A stretch of DNA of 63,675 nucleotides, filler included, from Octopus bimaculoides (GCF_001194135.2; 4 parts of 4 records of this genome joined end to end with filler, not necessarily neighbours in it), one strand, 5' to 3'. Positions 1-14,092 are shown, numbered from the whole stretch's first letter. Made by a program: numbers and translations. The notes: generated by a model from the sequence alone, not told the origin.

Positions 1-1228
1 AAATGAGTATATGCATATATACGTACAGGTATGTGCATACCGACATCCACCTGTATGTATAGGTGCATATCTGGGTACAGGACATTGTAAACAAAACAGA
101 GACGAGAAAACACACAAGCCACATAGAGAACATTCTACTTCATCAGCTACCCCCGTTTTAACACCGGCGTTTCGAAGAGCTGGGCAGGACGCATCGTTAA
201 AACGGCTCTTCCCATGGACCGCAAATTAAATTTGTATACACAAATTAAATCTTGCCATGGAGGAATGTAGTGGCGGACAAAAAACAAGACAGGAAAACAA
301 ACAGAAAAGGTACATTATCTAAAGTACCTTTCTGTATTAAAATGGTAGGGCATAATTTGAGGGAGATTTGACTGTCATTTCTAGCAGGTTGAAAAAACTA
401 TCAATGCTGTCTTGTTGGTTCATTGGTAGAAGGTAACTGTGGCAGTGTTAGTGATGGGAGTAAACATAGTGGTGGTGGTGGGAGTAACTATAGTGGTGGG
501 GGGGGGGCATTGGTGGTGGTGGTGGTGGTGGTGTCGTTCTCTGATACTATGAGAATAGTATAACGGTGTTGTAATGTTAGTGTTGTTAGTCTAGATGATA
601 ATAATGTGGTACTGTTGTCGCTGTTACTATATTTTTTAGTTAGGGTTGTGATGGTGGTGGTGATGATGATGATAATGATGGAAATGGTGGTGATGAAGAA
701 AGATGAGTGAATGGAGAAAGAAATAGATAACATCCCTTTGTTAATAAATTACTCAAAATCACACACAAACAGCCACACACACACACATATGCAGTTTTTG
801 CATCTTTCTTCTCCTTCCTGCATTCCTTTCTTGTTCCCCCCCACAAAAAAAAACTCTATTCAATCTTTGCAACAACACCATCATCTAACCATTCCATCGC
901 TTCATTTCTTCCATTCTATATTATTTCTATATTCTAACTATATTTCTACATACATCATCTCACACATCTTCTGAAAAAAAAAAATTAAAAAAAAAAAAAA
1001 AAAAACATCTTCAACTTACCATTCCATTGCCTCTCATTTCTGCTATTCTACACAACCATATTCCATTTATATTTCTATACGCATTTACTCTTCTGGAAGA
1101 CATCAATTTTGAATTGTATTCTTTTTTTTTTTTTATTATTATTATTTTCTGCTTATTATTTCATTCATCAAAACAACACACAATGAATTTTTCCTTTTTT
1201 CTTTTCCTTGAGCACCAGGACTCCGAAG

Positions 1229-1302
1229 GCCAGTTGAAATCGTCCAACCCATGCTAGCATGGAAAGCGGACGTTAAACGATGATGATGATGATGATGATG
1301 AT
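1229..1302 (+). mobile_element. RTE-type LINE/SINE extreme 3' end with (GAT)n tail
   Basis: CGTCCAACCCATGCTAGCATGGAAAGCGGACGTTAAACGATGATGAT matches the terminus of the RTE fragment ending at 17373. Confidence 0.75.
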
Positions 1303-1364
1303 AAATGGTCGAGATCACAATATTCTCCTAAACAGGTTACCAGTCCTCTGATAGATTCAAGGCC

Positions 1365-1565
1365 AGCAATTTTGAGGGAAGGTGCAAGTCAGTTATATCA
1401 CCCCAACAACCTGCATTTCACTGGTACTTTATTTTATTGACCCCAAAGAGATGAAAGGCTAAATTACCCTAAACGGGAATTTAAACTCAAGATGTAAAGG
1501 ACTGGAAGAACTGCCCTGAAGCATTTCACCCAACATGCTCACAGTTCTGCCAGTTCACAGCCTTT
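1365..1565 (-). mobile_element. SINE family B, degraded copy
   Basis: Similar to copies at 10190-10890 (ctggtacttattttattgacccc, aaaggctaaatt, gaatttaaactc). Confidence 0.7.
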
Positions 1566-1689
1566 GTACAATAAATATCTGATCTATACTAATCGTGTGA
1601 TAAAACAGATATCACATGATGCAGTACATTCATATTTAATGTCATCATTTCGTGATCATTTTCATAATTAAATTCAACACTACCTACAT

Positions 1690-2005
1690 CATTATCATCA
1701 TCATCATCCGTCTTCTATGCTAGCATAGGTTAGACAGTTTGATTGGAACTGGAAAACCAGAAAGCTGCACCAGACTCCAGTGTGATTTTGGCTTGGTTTC
1801 TATGGTCAGATGCTCTTCCTAATACCAACCCCTCCACACAATATATCTGGTGCTTTTACATGTCACTGGCATGGGTGCCTCTCGTGTGCCCCCAGCACTG
1901 GCCACGACTACGATTCCTTTTAGCTTGACATGTCTTCTCAAGCATAGAAAATTGCTAAAAGTCTCGATCACTTGTCATTGCCTCCATGAGACTTAACATC
2001 TGAAG
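1690..2005 (-). mobile_element. RTE-type LINE 3' UTR fragment
   Basis: (ATC)n followed by ttctatgctagcataggttagacag...gatgctcttcctaataccaacc, the reverse complement of the 17200-17373 UTR. Confidence 0.75.
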
Positions 2006-2029
2006 ATATGTGTTTTAACCAATCTTTTA

Positions 2030-2400
2030 TCTTTTTATTCATATCAGCCATTGGACTTTGGTCATGCTGGAGCACTGCCTTATAAGGGACTAGCTGAACA
2101 AATCAACCCTCACTAATTAGCTTTAAGTCTGGTGCCTATTCTATGGGGCTCTTTTGCCAAACCATTAAATTATGGGGATGTAAACATACCAACACTGGTT
2201 GTCAAGTGAGGAGGATAAACACAAAGATGCACACACACACGTCAAGTGAATATACACACACACACGTATGTATACACACCACACACATGTATGTATGCAC
2301 ACACACTCACACACAACAGGGTTCCATACAGTTTCCACCTACCAAATTCACTTATAAGGCATTGGCTATAGTAGACACTTGCCCAGGGTGTTGTACTCTA
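2030..2400 (-). mobile_element. SINE family A (tRNA-derived, internal CA/TA microsatellite)
   Basis: Reverse complement of the family A body (catgctggagcactgcc, gtttccacctaccaaattcactt, gacacttgcccagggtg). Confidence 0.8.
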
Positions 2401-2654
2401 TCAAATATAATTCTAGTTTATTCACACTGCTCTAAACCACTGATGCATTAGCCTGTAGCTTTGAGATTTTGTCTAGAAGGACATTGTAGGGTAAGTATGA
2501 GAGGCAAGATATGGCCAGCTTGAACATAAAAAAAGTGTTTTATGTTTGTGTTGGTTATGGCAGGCTTAAATGCTAAGGGGCTAAATATACCAAATTGAAG
2601 TGAGATTCAAGAAAAGGAAATCCATAAATATCCATTGTTACTAATAATCCCCTT

Positions 2655-2881
2655 AAACCCTTTTGATGCTAATCCGCGTGTGTCTACCCATGACTACATC
2701 ATGCATGCTTCCTGTTTTAAAGTGACCTATTTAAAACCTCCCATCGATATTTCATATTGATTCATGTCCCTATCACTGAGTAAATAACAACAAAGATATT
2801 TTACTAAATTCTTCATTATTTCTATATTTAATTGAAACAAAAAATATGCTTCAACAGAAATATGATAACGAAAGGGTTAAA
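2655..2881. mobile_element. TTAA-flanked piggyBac-like MITE
   Basis: Ends TTAAACCCTTTT...AAAGGGTTAA; interior similar to 15985-16231. Confidence 0.65.
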
Positions 2882-2936
2882 TGTTCAATTTGCAACTGAG
2901 TTTGTCTATCGGCAGCTGGTCTCAAATCAAAGCTAG

Positions 2937-3254
2937 TTAATAATATATTCATTGCCACTTGAAAGTAAATACACTTGCCAATCTTGTGATAAATGTTGTT
3001 TTTCTAATAGTTGTCTGGGGAGACATATGTCTGTAAACAATGCCAGTTGTTATGATTCTGTGTGTCCTTTAATTGAGAAGAGACATTTATGGGATAATTA
3101 TAGTAAAAACTGCAAATTCTCAGCTGAGCAAAAAAAGCCTATCTTTGCTCTGTGGCTCATTAAAAAGCAATGGTTATACACATTTCTGAGTTTGCTTCCA
3201 TCACATAAAGAATGCTTGGATCTATTGAATGATCTATGCAGAAAAGATTCTTAA
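2937..3254 (+). pseudogene. Open frame with one degenerate C2H2-like zinc finger
   Basis: YTCQSCDKCCFSNSCLGRHMSVN has C-x2-C-x12-H spacing and L at the canonical position; the last His is Asn (AAC). No ATG; in-frame TAG at 2934. Confidence 0.25.
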
Positions 3255-3782
3255 TGAATTGAAAATTTTTTAATAATTGGATAAAACAAACAAAAACCTA
3301 GCAACTTTGTTGGTAACTCACAAACTGCCATTTATCATTTATCATCCATGATGTGTGTCTCTTTTTCAAAAATTCCTGAGAAAGAATTTGCGCATATGTC
3401 AACAGTTCAAAATTAGTTCACTGCTTTTGCTTTTCTGATTGGCCCATTAAGTCAAAATATTTGTGGCCATCTGCCTTTGATAGAAATAATATTAATTATC
3501 ATTATGATTACAAAAGTCGTTGCTACTGGGATGGAGTGGTTACAGCAACAGCCAGTGTTTGTTTGCTAATTAGATAAAAGGAAGAAATAAAACAGGCTAT
3601 ACCAAGTAAATATGAATGTTCCTTAGTTGCATCAATGCTGCTCAATGCCACTGGACAGAATAAGAGAGTTATATTGTTGGAAGGTAACGAAATTATTGTG
3701 ATCTATGATTGACAGCTGATGAAGACAATGTCCTGCAGTTCATGTTGTATGTAATCTCCCTCTTTCTCATCTGCATACACAT

Positions 3783-3788
<6 letters not shown>

Positions 3789-3855
<67 letters not shown>
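3789..3855. repeat. (TG)n microsatellite
   Basis: Pure TG tract. Confidence 0.95.
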
Positions 3856-3860
<5 letters not shown>

Positions 3861-4008
3861 AATTTGCTTTGCAACCACATGGTTGCCATTGCAGTTCTGC
3901 AGAACAGTAATTTGAGCATCTTCTGCTACTGCTCCAGCCTAACCAATGCCTTGTGCATGAATTTTGTTGCCAAAGTTTGTATAAAGCTCATTGGAGATAG
4001 ATAGGATG

Positions 4009-4042
<34 letters not shown>

Positions 4043-4067
4043 GAGATTGCTACAGAGACAGATAGGT

Positions 4068-4118
<51 letters not shown>

Positions 4119-5096
4119 TGCTTGTGAATGTTTACATTCTGTGCTTAGCTTGAAAAATCACAGAGCCTCAGAGGGCAATGTTTATTGATATTTTCTTGTC
4201 AACAAATCATCCCATAGTTATGCATGTTCAAAGGCAAGGGGAACAAAAACTCCCTCACTTGGAAAACAGATAAAGGTTAGAGACAGGAAAGGCATCTGAC
4301 TGTAAAACAATACCTCGACAGCATGAAAAGAAAACTTAAAATACACAAATAAGTGTGCGTAGTGGAGTCTATATAAGTGTGTGTATGAGGATTATTTATA
4401 TATGCATGTGTGTGTATGTTACATATATATATATATATGTGTGTGTGTGTATTACTTGTGTGTGCATACATGTGAGTGTTTGTGCATGGGTGTATTCAGA
4501 GAGAAAGGTATAACTGCAAAAGCTGCTGGTGGTGTTGCAAAGGTGATTATCTTGCTAGAGTGATCTCTGTTCGTTACTAGGCTGTAATTATTCCCATTTG
4601 ACGTTCCGTTACTACATCCCAACATCCTTACTGAGATAATACACAACATTTTAGTTAGCTGGAAATGAAGAAGAAAATTCTAATTAATTCCTTAATTGGA
4701 ATTTATCTATATTTCTTGTACATTTCTTTAGTTATACATGTGTGTGCGTGTATTTGTATGTATGTGTGTGTAAAGGTTATATGATCTCACACAAAATTCG
4801 CATTGTACAGTGTGTTACTGTAAATATAAGGACCAGTGTGTGTATTTGCATGTGTGTGTATGTATTTGCAACTGTGTGTGTGTGTTAATATGGGTATAAA
4901 GGTTATAATTTTGCACAATTCTTCTTGCATAGGGCGTTTGTGTAAGCACAAGAATATACATTGTGTGTGCATATGCTTGCTTATGTATGTACCTATGTGT
5001 ATGCAGGTATGTACGTATGTCCATGCTTGTGTTTGTGTGCTTGTATGAATTCAACCGTTTGTATGTGTGTCTATGTATATGCGTGCATAAATATGT

Positions 5097-5154
<58 letters not shown>

Positions 5155-5352
5155 NNNNNNNNNNNNNNNNNNNNNNNNNNNNNNNNNNNNNNNNNNNNNN
5201 NNNNNNNNNNNNNNNNNNNNNNNNNNNNNNNNNNNNNNNNNNNNNNNNNNNNNNNNNNNNNNNNNNNNNNNNNNNNNNNNNNNNNNNNNNNNNNNNNNNN
5301 NNNNNNNNNNNNNNNNNNNNNNNNNNNNNNNNNNNNNNNNNNNNNNNNNNNN

Positions 5353-5387
<35 letters not shown>

Positions 5388-5390
5388 CCT

Positions 5391-5421
<31 letters not shown>

Positions 5422-5452
5422 AATCAATTTAGCTCTAAAGTTACGATAATTC

Positions 5453-5499
5453 ACTCAAGACCTAAGAGTTTCATGTGTTGCATTTATCAGACCTTGAGT
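5453..5499 (-). ncRNA. Degenerate hammerhead-like motif
   Basis: Minus strand ACTCAAGGT-CTGATAA-ATGCAACACAT-GAAA-CTCTTA-GGTCTTGAGT; long stem I, but core G8 is A. Confidence 0.3.
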
Positions 5500-6204
5500 C
5501 AGTTATCTAACTTTACACCTGAATAAAAAGATATATGTGTGTGTGTGTATCTATTGAGTTCTGTTTCTCCTCTTTGTATCAAGAAACCTATATACACATA
5601 TGTATATGTGTGTGTGTATGAGTGAGTGTCGCATTTATTTTTACATACATACATATGTGTGTGTGTGTGTGTGTGTGTATGTATTTATAGATACATACAT
5701 ACATATGTATACATACACACACACATGCATCTGTGTGTATAACATAACAAAAATGTATTATTCTGATCAATGACAAAGAAACAAGAAAATATACCCACTC
5801 TCCCACCCCAGTCATCTTTTGACACTGCCTCTAGGGCAGGTATTTTTGATAATTCCAATATCAGCATGGTCTCTCACCTCTCTCTCTCTTTCTCCCCTTT
5901 CCTCTCTGTCTCCTCTTCCTTCTCTACATGAAATTCAATCAAAGCCAGCAATTTCTTTTCATAATGTTTACAGTATTAATTTCCTTATATTTAATGTGTA
6001 ACTGTTTTGTTTGTGTGCAGCTCTGGTGTTCTGTATGCATATGTTTGTTTATGAGTAAATGTGTGTGTGTGTTCTGCTTTCTGTGTGTTTGATATCATTA
6101 TAGTTAGTGCATCTGTGTGCATGCGTCTGTATTTTTATTTCTATTTATTCCTGATCCTTTTTATCTAACACAGGCCATCGTTACAAACATACACATGCAC
6201 ACAT

Positions 6205-6216
6205 GCATGTATTGCA

Positions 6217-6295
<79 letters not shown>

Positions 6296-6550
6296 ATATG
6301 TATGTATATATGTATGTATGTATATATGTATGTATGTATATATGTATGCATGTATATATGTATGCATGTATATATGTATGTATGTATATATGTATGTATA
6401 TATGTATGTATGTGTATGTATATATGTATGTGTATGTATATATGTATATATATGTATGTATGTAAATATACATATCTATGTATATATATATATATATATA
6501 TACATATATGTATGCATATATGTATATATATGTATATATGCGTGTGTATG

Positions 6551-6582
<32 letters not shown>

Positions 6583-6706
6583 TATATGTATGTATGTATA
6601 TATGTGTATGTATGTATATATGTATGTATATATATATATGTATGTATATATGTATGTATATATATATGTATGTACATATATATATGATTGTGTGTGTGTG
6701 TGTATT

Positions 6707-6772
<66 letters not shown>
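6205..6772. repeat. Compound (TA)n/(TATG)n low-complexity tract
   Basis: Read directly; source of the YI/HT/CV-repeat ORFs. Confidence 0.95.
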
Positions 6773-7219
6773 TGAGTAGATAAATGAAAGGGAGGCACTC
6801 AACACATTTATTGGGAGTTATGTTTATGGATCAAAATAGTTATATTCAAACTCCTTATTAATGCAGAGTGTACTAATTGTAATAAACATACAACTTTAGC
6901 TTCATTATTAAAAGTACTCAAAGCATTTTCTCTATGGGTTTCCATACACCATGAGGAGAAAAAAGGGGAGATCAATCTGAGTAGCTTCGCATTGCTTACT
7001 GTTTTACAATCAGATTTAAACTCTACTTATTACAATTCATTACAGATGATATAACTGGCAATTCAGATTATCATAGAACACATTGCAACACACTATGAAT
7101 TAAGACATGCACACACATACATACACACACACACATATATATTTGTATAGTCTTATGTGGTCTTGTATTGGTTTTAGCCAGAGGCTCTAACCACACTTGG
7201 ACACAAGATAGGTACATAG

Positions 7220-7403
7220 ATATTGTGTGTGTGACTTTGTGTGTGTGCGTGTGTGCGTGTGTGTGTAAGTGCATATGTGTGTGTATATGTGTATATATAT
7301 GTATATGTGTATATATATGCATATGTGTATATGTATTTATGTATATGTATATATGTATACATGTATATGTGCATATGTATACATGTATATGTGTATATGT
7401 ACA

Positions 7404-7450
<47 letters not shown>

Positions 7451-7495
7451 CTATATATATATATACAAATGTGTATGTATATATATACAAATGTG

Positions 7496-7567
<72 letters not shown>

Positions 7568-7729
7568 TGTACATATTCATATATGTATGTATATGTATAT
7601 ATACATATATGTATGTATGTATATATACATGTATGTATGTATCTACATATACATATATGTGTACATATATGTATATATAGATGTATATATATATATATAT
7701 ATATGTATATATGTGTGTGTGTATATGTA

Positions 7730-7781
<52 letters not shown>
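7220..7781. repeat. Compound (TG)/(TA)/(TATG) low-complexity tract
   Basis: Read directly. Confidence 0.95.
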
Positions 7782-7784
<3 letters not shown>

Positions 7785-8430
7785 TCAATGAGATAGAGAG
7801 AGGGATTCCCATCAAAGACAAGATCATCGAATAATTAAGTTTGTAAAATAAACAGATCTATTTTTGCTGCCAAACTAGACAAATTCTTTAAATACCGACA
7901 TCTTCCTATTTGGTGTTTGGTTAGACTTCTTCATTTCTTTGGAAACGGTGAGAGGAAGAATCAGGGAAAAAGACAGAAGAGGTGGGGAAGCTTGGGAAAG
8001 AGGAGGGAACAGGCTGATATAAGGTAAATGGGACAAAGAAAGAAAAAATAGATCCTCTCTCTTTCTCTCTCTCCTCCTCCTTCCTCTCTTGAAAAATAAA
8101 TTTCTAAAAAATTTAACACGCATATACACATATATACACACATTCATGTACTCTGAAAACTGGCATATAAACGCTCAAAGAACAACATACACGATTAAGG
8201 AAATCTATAGACACATTGGGATGCATATATACACACACATTAATAAGTACACCAATACATATACTCACACACACACACATAGATTGACATGTGCATATAC
8301 AGATGTTCATACTAACACACATACACATGTTTTTAGCCACTGACACTCACATATATGTATTCACACCGACACATACACAAATGCATTCTCACACCAGCCT
8401 GCATGGAAACACACACATTTTCATACTGAC

Positions 8431-8481
<51 letters not shown>

Positions 8482-8741
8482 TACACATTCATACCAATAC
8501 ATACATGTTCACATACATATGATCACACGGATACATACGTACACACACACATGTAAACAATGTGACATGCACAGACAGACACACACGATCACACACACAC
8601 AATTGCACAATAATGCATACACACAATTACACATACATGCAATCACACTCACACACAATCACTCACACACAACCACACTCATACACACACACACACATAC
8701 ACACACACACACACGTTCACACTGAAACACACAATATCATA

Positions 8742-8790
8742 GACAGCATGAAAGGCGGACGTTAAACAACGACGATGACGATGATGATGA
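8742..8790 (+). mobile_element. RTE-type extreme 3' end
   Basis: GACAGCATGAAAGGCGGACGTTAAAC followed by a (GAC/GAT)n tail. Confidence 0.55.
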
Positions 8791-9229
8791 CATATACATG
8801 TTAACACTAACCACACGCACGTACACAGACATACACATGTTCACACACGTGACCACACACACACACACACACACACCTTCTTACTTCACAGAAACAAATG
8901 AGAAATTACCTAAAATAACAACAATACTACACAATCACCACCACCACCACCACCGCCACCACCGCCACTGCCATTTGTGCTAATCTGACACTAGATTTCA
9001 AGACTTTCTCCAAATGAAAGTTTACTTCTGTTACTACCCAAACCTTCTAGCCACATTTTGACTCCGTGATCTGTAAACAAGAGAATACATTAACAAACAC
9101 ATACACACAAAGAAAAAAAGATAAAAATACATAAACATAAAATATAGAAATAAATAAATCTGTGAGAGCGAGATAGAGAGACAGGCAGACAGACAAAGAC
9201 AGAGGGAGACAGAAGGAGAGAGAGAGAGT

Positions 9230-9760
9230 CGGTGAGTAGATGGGAGTTTGAGAGACGAGGGGAGGGATTGTTGTTGAACGAGGAGTATATAAATGGTATT
9301 AGATTGACATGTCAATGTCGGTTTGGATTTAATATAATGATGTTGTTGTTGTGGTTGTTTGTGTTGTTGTTGTTGGTGATGGTGGTAGTGGTGGTGGTGC
9401 TGGTGGTGGTGCTGGTGCACTTCCCAGTGGTGGCTGATGTTTGAGGTGTGCAGGAAAGTGAAGTGTAAATCATTACAGTGTTTTAAGAATGATGAGAATG
9501 ATCATAGTGATTGCGTGTGGTGATGATGATGATGATGGTGGTTGTGATGATGATGATGATGATGGTGCTGAGGGTGATGTTGATTGTGATGATGATGATG
9601 ATAGTGATGACTGGTGGTCATCCTGATGAATATGGTGGTGGTGGTGGTGGTGGTGGTTACGATGACTATGTTGATGATGATGATGCCATTTTGATGGTTT
9701 ACCATATTAATGCATTAGGTATCAAGGTTGGTGACGGTGATGATGATGACAATGGTGGCA
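9230..9760. repeat. (GGT)/(GAT)/(GTT) trinucleotide low-complexity region
   Basis: Mixed triplet runs; the ORFs here are poly-M/V/H/D artefacts. Confidence 0.85.
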
Positions 9761-9942
9761 GTTTCGATGAAGTTGTTTACGACACATGTGTTGGACAGGT
9801 TTTCCAAGGCAGTATTTTACAGCTGGATGCTCTTCCAGCCACCAACACCTTATTCACCTTTGACAACATGCAGGGGGGCACAGTGCACCTCTTCTAAAAC
9901 AGGGACATACAGTATTTATAGTTGATCATTATATACACCATT

Positions 9943-10110
9943 AGAGGCACATGGCTCAGTTGTTAGGGTGTTAGACTCATGATTGTAAGGTTGTGGTTTT
10001 GACTCCTGGACCAGACAACATGTGTTCTTGAGCAAAACACTTCATTTCATATTACACCAGTTCACTCAACTGGCAAATGTGCATGACAGACAGGCATCCC
10101 ATCCATGGGA
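9943..10110 (+). mobile_element. SINE family C (tRNA head + CORE-like body), CpG-decayed
   Basis: GGCACATGGCTCAGTTGTTAG A-box, GGTTTTGACTCC B-box, ttcttgagcaaaacacttcatttc body. Confidence 0.75.
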
Positions 10111-10189
10111 GCTGGTCTTATGATCCTTACAGAGTAATGTAGACTAATTATATTATACACTTCAATATATCATATATTCTTTGCTACTC

Positions 10190-10623
10190 TACGTACAAGG
10201 CCCAAAATTTGGGAGGAGGGGGCCAGTCAATTAAATCGACCCCAGTACATAGCTGTTACTTAATTTATCAACCCTGAAAGGATGAAAGGCAAAGTCAACC
10301 TCAGTGGAATTTGAACTCAGAACATTAAGACAGATGAAATACCGCTAAGCATTTTGCCCGGCATGTTAATGATTCTGCCAGCTCAATAATAATAATGGTT
10401 TCAAACTAGGGCACAAGACCAGCAATTTTGGGGGAGGGGATAAGTCGATTACATCAACCCTAGTATGAAACTGGTACTTATTATATTGATCCTGAAAGGA
10501 TAAATGGCAAAGGCGGTTTTGGCAAAATTTGAACTCTGAACATAGGGATAGATGAAATACCACTAAGGATCTTGTCTGGTATAGTAACAGTTCTCCCAGC
10601 TAACTACCCCACTATTATTAATG

Positions 10624-10660
<37 letters not shown>

Positions 10661-10890
10661 TAATGATAATAATAATCCTTTCTAATAAAAGCACAAAGCC
10701 TAATATTTTACGGGGAGGGGACTAGTCGATTATATCAACCCCAGTGTTTCACTGGTATTTAATTTTCCAGCCCTGAAAAAACGAAAGGCAAAGTCGACCT
10801 TGGTGGAATTTGAACTCAGAACGTAGCAGCAGACGAAATACCGCAAAGCGTTTCGCCTGGCATTCTAATAATTTTGCCAGCTTGCTGCCA
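10190..10890 (-). mobile_element. Three tandem SINE family B copies separated by (AAT)n
   Basis: Copies near 10190-10385, 10400-10610 and 10680-10890, each with aaaggcaaagtcgacct..ggaatttgaactcagaac. Confidence 0.85.
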
Positions 10891-11484
10891 TAATAATAAT
10901 AATAACAATAATAATAATAATAATAATAATAATAATTTCAAAGACAATAGATTTTGGTGAATAGAGACACAGGGAATTGAACCGAGAACTAATTAAATAA
11001 AGAGCTGTGAAAGTGACAGCTGAGTGTGAAAAATATTGAAGACTAGCGAAAGCATATACTGTTGTTGTTGTAGTTGTTGTTTACAGGGGGGGGGGAGCAT
11101 TGGGGAGAAAGTGAGAGAGAGAGAGGGAGGGTGGGAGGTAAAAAATAAACCAATATAGCAACATTGAATATAAACCTCTGTTCAATTGGAATGGTCTACT
11201 TTCAGCTGTTTGCATCTTGTTTTCCTTTCTTCTCTTTTCTTTCTACATCATTCCTTCCACTGCCTGCTCCCGTACCCCACCTTCCTGTTTCTTCTTCTTC
11301 TTCTTCGTCTTCTTTGCCTCCTTCTTCTTTAGTTTATTTCTTTTCTTTGGATTTTTGTGAGGTTTTTTGTTTTGTTTTGTTTTGCTTTTCTGTTATCTTT
11401 TCCTTTTCCTTGTTCTTGTAAATGGAATTATTTTTTGATTTATGTACGCATTTATGAATATCTGAAATATGGATGTACAACTGT

Positions 11485-11527
<43 letters not shown>

Positions 11528-11673
11528 ATGTATGTATATGTTAGTGTGTGTGTGTGTGTGTGTGTCCATATGCATGTGTTTAAAAATTTATATTGATACA
11601 TATTGGTGTNNNNNNNNNNGTGTGTGTGTGTGTCCATATGCATGTGTTTAAAAATTTATATTGATACATATTG

Positions 11674-11735
<62 letters not shown>

Positions 11736-12261
11736 GTGATATGCACAGGCATACATGTACTTACATATCACATGTCACTTCGTATTTGTGTAAATTTGCT
11801 CAGTTTTGAATATATTAGTCAAAGTGATAAAAAGTATTACAATGTTTGAAACGAGACAAGAATTAAATGGGAAAAGAATGGAAGCCAGATATGTCCAATA
11901 ATAAACAACAACAACAACAACAACAAGGTCTACAACAATTTTAACAATGCCAACAGCAACAACAATATCAAGAAATCTTTTTGTTACTGATATTGAGTGG
12001 AATGGTGAAATGTAACCTGCATAGTGACTGGATTGGCTGTTTGGGGAGTACAGAGTGGTTTATGGAAAATTGGAAAACCTTTCCTGGGAATTTCAGTTTT
12101 TATAGGACAAAATGGTTTAGTGCTTTGGTTTAGGTTGATTTAAGATAACTTCAGTTGGTTTTCACCCATCTGTGGTGTAGTCATGAGAGATACAGAATCA
12201 CATGATCTAGGTTTGGTTCTCCAAACTGGAACTAAATTTACTTAGGTCATTGATGGGTATC

Positions 12262-12480
12262 ATAACCATCATCATCATCCTCCTCATCATCATTATGATT
12301 TAACTTCCATTGGTCATGCTAGCATGGGTTGGACAGTTTGACCAGGACTGGTAAGCTGAGGGGCTGCACCAGACCCCAGTCTGATTTGGCATGATTTCTG
12401 CAGCTGGATGCCCTTCCTAACACCAACCACTCCAAGAGTGTAAGAGGTACTTTTTTGTGCCCCCAGCATGGGCGGTATGA
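12262..12480 (-). mobile_element. RTE-type LINE 3' UTR fragment
   Basis: (ATC)n + catgctagcatgggttggacag...gctggatgcccttcctaacaccaacc. Confidence 0.8.
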
Positions 12481-12925
12481 GTTGCATGACACAGAATATA
12501 TATATATATATANNNNNNNNNNNNNNNNNNNNNNNNNNNNNNNNNNNNNNNNNNNNNNNNNNNNNNNNNNNNNNNNNNNNNNNNNNNNNNNNNNNNNNNN
12601 NNNNNNNNNNNNNNNNNNNNNNNNNNNNNNNNNNNNNNNNNNNNNNNNNNNNNNNNNNNNNNNNNNNNNNNNNNNNNNNNNNNNNNNNNNNNNNNNNNNN
12701 NNNNNNNNNNNNNNNNNNNNNNNNNNNNNNNNNNNNNNNNNNNNNNNNNNNNNNNNNNNNNNNNNNNNNNNNNNNNNNNNNNNNNNNNNNNNNNNNNNNN
12801 NNNNNNNNNNNNNNNNNNNNNNNNNNNNNNNNNNNNNNNNNNNNNNNNNNNNNNNNNNNNNNNNNNNNNNNNNNNNNNNNNNNNNNNNNNNNNNNNNNNN
12901 NNNNNNNNNNNNATACATATATACA

Positions 12926-12980
<55 letters not shown>

Positions 12981-13066
12981 GTTACACCATACGTTGAATG
13001 TTAGTCACCTTAAGGTTTACGTTAGTATATTTACATTACAGATACAGCTCTAGTTCTCAGCATATT

Positions 13067-13108
<42 letters not shown>

Positions 13109-13327
13109 TCTGTTATATCATACACACTAAGATATATGTAAACATTGTATGCTTTTTTCTGTCTATTTTTAATTTTTTTTTTTTTACTTGAGTTTTTTAT
13201 CACCTTCACATCTCCAAGAACCTTTGTGTCTCTTTCTTGTGTGTCTCCTTATCACAGTACACCATCTCGTTTACTTCTCACTTTGTTTTTTTCTCATTTA
13301 CTCTGTCTGTATGTCTTAGCTTGTCTC

Positions 13328-13358
<31 letters not shown>

Positions 13359-13482
13359 CTGCTTAAGTCCTGTTCACAAATGAGCACACATTTGTACAAT
13401 GCTTATTTTAGTACATTTGTGTGTGTATGTTCATTCTGCTTTGTGTATGTGTATTAGTGCTTAGATAGTGTACATGTGTGTG

Positions 13483-13527
<45 letters not shown>

Positions 13528-14061
13528 GGAAGATTATTTCAGTCATTTTTGTTTTGTTTTGTTATATCTTTGTCATATCCCAAAACCAAAGGGCGAAAGA
13601 AGAAAATAAACTGCATACATGGCTAATTGCAAGTGTTAATTATTAAACCATTTAAATTTCATTGAAATTGGAGATAGCAAAAGACAAAAAAAATAAAATA
13701 TACAATAATAATTAGAACTACACCAATAATAATGATACATAGAAATACAATAATAACAGTGACAAGAACAACTCCAACATTAATAATAATAATAATAATA
13801 ACAATAATGAGAGTAGTGATGATGGTGATGTTGATGATACATAGAAATAATGAGAATGAAGACCAAAGTGTATGTAGATGGAGAAAAAGATAATTTCGAA
13901 TCCACAAGTCAAAGAAAATGGTGAGCAAACATTAGTTAAGTATAAGTTTGCGAAAGAAATATTTGCAGAAATACGTCTCTGGAAACAAAATTCTTGTGTT
14001 TGATGTAAATGTAGAATGTTGTGTGCGCACACACACACACACACACACATACACACACACA

Positions 14062-14092
<31 letters not shown>

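Noticed and set aside
1021-1093. Minus-strand 73-nt exon with a GTAAGT donor
   Set aside because: Low-complexity context, and phase-incompatible with the other minus-strand candidates.
3700-3740. CTGATGAAGACAATGTC as a hammerhead
   Set aside because: Stem II is present, but there is no GAAA or cleavage triplet downstream.
11530-11690. Direct repeat of about 60 bp around a 10-N gap
   Set aside because: Typical unmerged contig overlap; an assembly artefact.
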